A program made the translations under genes and the position numbers. The notes under the pieces are model-generated. The model saw only the letters and a program-made list of their open reading frames with translations, was not told where the DNA came from and did no database searches. From an uncultured Alphaproteobacteria bacterium (GTDB lineage: Bacteria > Pseudomonadota > Alphaproteobacteria > Paracaedibacterales > CAITNM01), in NCBI GenBank assembly GCA_903893805.1, contig CAITNM010000026.1, positions 133,664 through 197,663 on the forward strand: a DNA stretch of 64,000 nt, read 5' to 3'. This document shows, one piece after another, positions 59,756-64,000 of this stretch (positions within the stretch are counted from its first letter, which is position 1; the number at the start of each line of letters is the position of its first letter).

Positions 59756-61720
59756 TTACTTTCTACGTTTAACATAAGGTACTGGTTTTGTTACCCAGTC
59801 GCTCATTTCAAAGTCTTGATTAGGAAGAAGTAGAGCAGCATATACAGCGGCATTTTCAAGAACTCGGTTAACGTAATTTCTTGTCTCTCCAAATGGTATA
59901 CTTTCAATCCAGTTGATCCAATCACCTGTTTCTCTTGGGTCACCAAAAAGCTTTATCCACTTATTGGCGTTAGAATCTCCTGCATTGTAGGCAGCAAGGG
60001 CAAGTATAAGATATCCATCATATTTTTCTAAATGCTCAAGCAAATGGGTGGTTCCCAGTGTGACGTTAACACGTCTGTCGTGTATGCCGCCTGTAACACG
60101 ATTTAAGCCGTAATGTGGGGATAGCTTGCGCATGGCATTAGCAGTTCCGTCCATAAGTTGCATAAGACCCTTTGCTTGTGCGGTGCTTAACGCTGTCTCA
60201 CTAAAGTTGCTTTCTTGACGAATAATGCCGTGAGCAAAACATTGAATTAACGGTGGAAGTTTTGAAAAAATATCTGCCCTCAAGCGCTCATCAAGCGTAG
60301 GGTACCCATACTTAGTGATGACTGTCCCCAGATATTGAGCTTTTTTTGCAACAAAAACCCCTAAATATGTTCCGCCTAAATGATGTGCAAATTCTGTAAT
60401 TAATATTTCTTCACCAGGGATAGTTAATTGGGTGCTTGCAAAATTTAAGAGGGTAAGCTGCAAGTCAACCTGAAGATTTTCTCCATAGGCTTTAAGACAT
60501 CGTACAACGAAGTTGTTGTTGAAATTTTCTTCTGCTTCTTTTGAAACAGTTTGGTGTTTTTCAAGGTCAAAATCAAGGAAACTCTCATCTTCTCCCGTAG
60601 CCTTTAGTCGTGAAATCGCTATTTGACCATAAAAGGTTCCGCGTAGAGCTGCTGCTTTTTTGTAATATTCCTTTGCTCTGTCTTTTTCATTTATTGCCAT
60701 GAGAGCTTCTGCTGCCCAAAATGCCATGCGAGATTTGCTGACAGGCATGGCAACGCATCCATGAAGTTCGATAAAGCGATTGGCTGCTTTTTGCTTTTTA
60801 TTAATTTTTGTAAGCTCAATCCACCCTAACATCCATTCAGCATTTGTGAATGCTTCTCCTTTTTTAAGGGCATGACCGAGTATAAGCCTATACGCCTCTC
60901 TCCAGTTTCCTTCTTCCATCATGCGACGTGCCAAAATGTTGCGTTCATGCCACCAGGGTGCAGGAGCTTCTTTTTCAGCCTTAGGGTTAAGAGATTTTAA
61001 AAGTGTAATTGCTTCTTCTGTTTTGTACTCCTTGCGATACCAGCGAACCACATCAAGTAAAACATCAGGATGATTTTTATATTTTTCTAGTGCTGTTTTT
61101 ATTGCTTTTTCCGCATTTGCATTATTTTTTTGGATACTCAGGCGAAGCTGTGCAATTTTTTTAGCTGTCGTGTCCATATATTGAAGGAAGTGCTGAGCAA
61201 GTTCGTGCTTTTCTCCAGAAAGAAGGGCATTAAGCTTGCTCTGGTAATCAGATTTTTTAAGATATGAGCTTATCATTTGGATGAAATTTTTCATTTCGTC
61301 TTTGGTAAAGTCTATCTCTAGCCAATATTTGCGCACAACGTCACCAATGCGATCATGCTGGTTTGTTTCCAATAATGCAGTTACATAGGCAATAAGCCCT
61401 TTAGAGGTTAATACTGGGTTGAATGCAAAATATTTTATAAGCTTTTCTTGCGAATCATTTTTATAGTAGGCGGCTTCTTCTGCCCGTTTTCTAATGAAGT
61501 CTAAGGGAAATTTCCCGGAAAACGCATGAATAAATTTACGGTATTGCCGGAATGTTTCTGTAACGTTTGAATCTTGGTAATTGTGCCATGCTTTGGCTGC
61601 TTCATTCGGTTGCATGTTCATATAGTCTGGGTCCTTTGCAAATAGCATGATGCAGAAGATATTGGCTAATAAAAGTCTATAGGCTAGGGTGTAACCAGTT
61701 AAAAAAAAGGATTTAATCAT
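59756..61720 (-). CDS. slt: Soluble lytic murein transglycosylase (Slt70-like)
   Basis: Superhelical N-terminal domain plus an SLT domain (IIRQESNF, AKGLMQLM, AYNAG). The start is moved to ATG 61720 (MIKSFFLTGYTLAYRLLLANIF signal anchor). Confidence 0.85.
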   Translation of the reverse strand: MIKSFFLTGYTLAYRLLLANIFCIMLFAKDPDYMNMQPNEAAKAWHNYQDSNVTETFRQYRKFIHAFSGKFPLDFIRKRAEEAAYYKNDSQEKLIKYFAFNPVLTSKGLIAYVTALLETNQHDRIGDVVRKYWLEIDFTKDEMKNFIQMISSYLKKSDYQSKLNALLSGEKHELAQHFLQYMDTTAKKIAQLRLSIQKNNANAEKAIKTALEKYKNHPDVLLDVVRWYRKEYKTEEAITLLKSLNPKAEKEAPAPWWHERNILARRMMEEGNWREAYRLILGHALKKGEAFTNAEWMLGWIELTKINKKQKAANRFIELHGCVAMPVSKSRMAFWAAEALMAINEKDRAKEYYKKAAALRGTFYGQIAISRLKATGEDESFLDFDLEKHQTVSKEAEENFNNNFVVRCLKAYGENLQVDLQLTLLNFASTQLTIPGEEILITEFAHHLGGTYLGVFVAKKAQYLGTVITKYGYPTLDERLRADIFSKLPPLIQCFAHGIIRQESNFSETALSTAQAKGLMQLMDGTANAMRKLSPHYGLNRVTGGIHDRRVNVTLGTTHLLEHLEKYDGYLILALAAYNAGDSNANKWIKLFGDPRETGDWINWIESIPFGETRNYVNRVLENAAVYAALLLPNQDFEMSDWVTKPVPYVKRRK

Positions 61721-62570
61721 GTTTAAAGGATCAATCGTCGCGTTAGTGACTCCATGGAAAAACAATAGCCTGGATAGCCACGCCCTTGTCAATCTGATTC
61801 GTTGGCATGGTACAGCTGGCACTGCTGCAATTGTGGTGTGTGGCTCAACTGGTGAGGGGGCTTTGCTTACTAGTGCCGAGCGCGAGGAGCTTATTCAAAT
61901 AGCTGTAAAAGAATCAACTATACCAATTATTGTTGGGTGTGGTGCGCCTTCCACTTGGGCCGTAATTGAGCAAGCACAGCAGGCAGAGCGGTTGGGAGCT
62001 AATGCCTTATTAGTGGTAGCGCCCTATTATTGCAAAACTACCCAGGAAGGCATCTATCAACATTTTAAAGCCATTCACGATGCCTCCAAATTACCTGTGC
62101 TTCTTTATAACAATCCGGGAAGAACAGTGCAGGAAATTTCAATAGAAACAGCTTTACGGTTATTTGAATTAGAAAAGGTGGTAGGTATTAAGGATTCAAC
62201 CGCTGATACTAGCCGAGCTGCGCTTATGCGACACGGGGCAAGGAAAAAAGTGTGCTTATTGAGTGGTGATGACCCTTACGCCGCTGGGTACCTAGGCCAA
62301 GGTGGTGATGGAGTAATTTCAATTACAGCAAACCTAAGGCCTGAAAAAATGGTAGAATTTGTGCAGGCCTGGGAAAATAAAAACTTGGAGCGGTTCCACG
62401 CATTGAATAATGAACTAATGCCCCTACATTACGCTATGTTTACTGAGCCGAATCCTATGCCTGTAAAAGCAGCTATGGAGATTATTGGTAAATGTTCTGG
62501 TGAAGTGCGTTTGCCGTTGGTTGATGCTTCGAAGGGGGCAGTTGAAAAATTGAAGGTGCTGCTAGCTTAG
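61719..62570 (+). CDS. dapA: 4-hydroxy-tetrahydrodipicolinate synthase
   Basis: MFKGSIVALVTPW, GSTGEG, the active-site Lys context GIKDS, YNNPGRT. Confidence 0.95.
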   Translation: MFKGSIVALVTPWKNNSLDSHALVNLIRWHGTAGTAAIVVCGSTGEGALLTSAEREELIQIAVKESTIPIIVGCGAPSTWAVIEQAQQAERLGANALLVVAPYYCKTTQEGIYQHFKAIHDASKLPVLLYNNPGRTVQEISIETALRLFELEKVVGIKDSTADTSRAALMRHGARKKVCLLSGDDPYAAGYLGQGGDGVISITANLRPEKMVEFVQAWENKNLERFHALNNELMPLHYAMFTEPNPMPVKAAMEIIGKCSGEVRLPLVDASKGAVEKLKVLLA

Positions 62571-62673
62571 AGAAACTGCTACGTATTGGATCTTCGGTCA
62601 AGGGGAGATGACAGTATAATTTATTATTCTCAAAAAGTAGAAATCTATATGCGCACCGAATTTTAAGCCACAA

Positions 62674-62697
62674 AAAACCCGCCAAAAGGCGGGTTTT
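62674..62697. terminator. Bidirectional rho-independent terminator
   Basis: aaaacccgcc-aaaa-ggcgggtttt. Confidence 0.85.
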
Positions 62698-62714
62698 AAT
62701 TGTTTTAGTCAAAA

Positions 62715-63452
62715 CTAGAACTTGTAACCTAAACCAAGAGCGAAACGCTGTTGAGTCATGTTTGCTTTGATTGCAGCAGTAGATGTAGTAGGAGCTGTAT
62801 TTTTCTGATCAGCATTTAATTTTTGTTTCTTGCCTACAACGTATGTATATTCACCACGAACAAAAAGATTTTTGTTCAAGAACATATCCATACCGACTGA
62901 AGGAGCAAAGCTAATATTTCCTTTTTTCTTCGTGACCGTTGTGGTGATTCCTGATTGAGCAAATGCTGATTGAACGTTCTCTGATTTTAGAGTTGACTTT
63001 GCATACTCAAGACCAAGACCTATGAAAATCATAGCTTGTTGAGAAACTGTGTAGCCTAAACGAACTTTACCACCGATAGTGTAGCCTTTTGTTGCTGTGA
63101 TTTTGAAGGTCTTATTGTCAGCATCATGACCGGTTGTGTCAAACAAAACATTGCTTGAGTTGCCCAAGTTGCCGTAAAGCTCAGCGCCTACATAAGCACA
63201 TGACCCAACGCCCATTCCATAACCAGCAAAAATACCACCCAAGAATGATTTTTTACCGGCTGTACCTTTGTAACTTGATTTTGTTGTATCAGTATTCGTA
63301 ACTATATAGTTGTCGATGTTTAACGTACCAGTTGTGCTATTTATACCAGCTTGAACACCAGCATAAAAACCGCTGAAAGATGATGCACATGATTCAGCTG
63401 AAACAGCGCTTAATGATAAAGCAGCAACAGCTGCCATTGCGAATTTTTTCAT
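62715..63452 (-). CDS. Outer membrane beta-barrel protein (OMP_b-brl / Omp25-like)
   Basis: Signal peptide MKKFAMAAVAALSLSAVSA, beta-strand periodicity, C-terminal GLGYKF. Confidence 0.75.
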   Translation of the reverse strand: MKKFAMAAVAALSLSAVSAESCASSFSGFYAGVQAGINSTTGTLNIDNYIVTNTDTTKSSYKGTAGKKSFLGGIFAGYGMGVGSCAYVGAELYGNLGNSSNVLFDTTGHDADNKTFKITATKGYTIGGKVRLGYTVSQQAMIFIGLGLEYAKSTLKSENVQSAFAQSGITTTVTKKKGNISFAPSVGMDMFLNKNLFVRGEYTYVVGKKQKLNADQKNTAPTTSTAAIKANMTQQRFALGLGYKF

Positions 63453-63589
63453 AATTAGTATCTCCTAAAAAAAATAAATAGTTAACCTATCGAGGTCAAT
63501 ATATAACGTTGAGCTTTTTCTCTCCACCAATAACAACAAATAGCAAGCTTGATTTTTTGTTGCGTTGCAATATTGCATCAGTTCAAATT

Positions 63590-64000
63590 CTAGATGCTTG
63601 AAAGCGGCCGTTCAGAAATGCCTAACGTTTTTGCTTGTATAACTTTTTCTGGAGACGCGAAAATATTGTCTATTTCAGGGTCGCGCAACACATAACCACG
63701 TCCCCATACTGTCTCTATGATACTATCATGGCCTAGAGCTTCTGCAAGCTTCCGACGTAATTTACAAATAAACACGTCAATAATTTTAAGCTCAGGCTCG
63801 TCCATGCCGCCATAAAGATGATTTAGAAACATTTCTTTTGTAAGTGTTGTGCCCTTGCGTAACGCTAGCAATTCCAAAATGGCATATTCCTTACCTGTTA
63901 AATTAATGGTCATTTTATCAACACTTGCGGTACGATTTTGCAGATTAACGATTAATTTTCCAGCGCGAATCACTGAATCGCTATGACCGCGTGATCTGCG
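63590..64000 (-). CDS. ctrA: Cell-cycle response regulator CtrA (5' end outside window)
   Basis: [52 protein letters not shown]...[13 protein letters not shown] is nearly the canonical CtrA DNA-binding domain. The frame stays open to the window edge (..[15 protein letters not shown]). Confidence 0.9.
   Translation of the reverse strand, partial: RRSRGHSDSVIRAGKLIVNLQNRTASVDKMTINLTGKEYAILELLALRKGTTLTKEMFLNHLYGGMDEPELKIIDVFICKLRRKLAEALGHDSIIETVWGRGYVLRDPEIDNIFASPEKVIQAKTLGISERPLSSI

Noticed and set aside
63566-63577. Perfect 12-bp palindrome TGCAATATTGCA just downstream of the ctrA stop
   Set aside because: No usable loop or U-tract exists for a terminator. It is a single occurrence, and such a match is plausible by chance in AT-rich spacer DNA. 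It does not match the CtrA box TTAA-N7-TTAA.
1-64000. CRISPR arrays, rRNA genes, IS elements, integrases, prophage genes
   Set aside because: I scanned for regularly spaced direct repeats, rRNA-like conserved blocks and DDE or tyrosine-recombinase-like translations, and found none. The only repeats are those reported above.

Overview
AT-rich (about 35-40% GC by eye), densely packed chromosomal segment from an alphaproteobacterium. Evidence for the lineage: ctrA at the right edge, the synteny blocks bamD-recN, efp-suhB, rlpA-dacC, slt<>dapA and tolQRA, and the programmed prfB frameshift. An OPA-type sugar-phosphate antiporter, many signal-peptide orphan proteins and several broken genes suggest a host-associated, genome-reducing lifestyle (possibly Rickettsiales/Holosporales-like); this is inference and cannot be confirmed here. 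I recognise about 60 protein genes and one tRNA-Ser(GCU). I see no rRNA, CRISPR array, transposase or integrase. Most genes are housekeeping: translation (prfB, rlmE, pth, rplY, rplS, trmD, efp, mnmA), envelope (glmM, murG/C/B, lpxB, dacC, rlpA, slt, tolQRA, pal, bamD), and DNA/transcription (topA, recN, greA, ctrA). Main observations: (1) A ~4.2-kb AT-rich insertion at 42454-46666 is flanked by diverged ~140-bp direct repeats that duplicate the old junction between an alpha-2-macroglobulin gene and trmD. (2) Its cargo is an unusual LuxR-HTH / hydrophobic segment / NB-ARC / TPR STAND-type gene interrupted by one in-frame TAA. It also carries small orphan ORFs, a 29-bp-arm hairpin, and a 24-nt motif that recurs ahead of two of the ORFs. 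(3) Five accessory or envelope genes are disrupted while all housekeeping genes look intact: an MFS paralog, a secreted methyltransferase-like gene split at an A9 run, the STAND gene, the alpha-2-macroglobulin gene (in-frame TAA) and a class A PBP. (4) The tol-pal cluster is broken, with an orphan fliI-type ATPase inside it. (5) A diverged PurC-like gene is translationally coupled to bolA-grxD-rlmE. All similarity calls come from reading the translations and motif memory; no database search was run.
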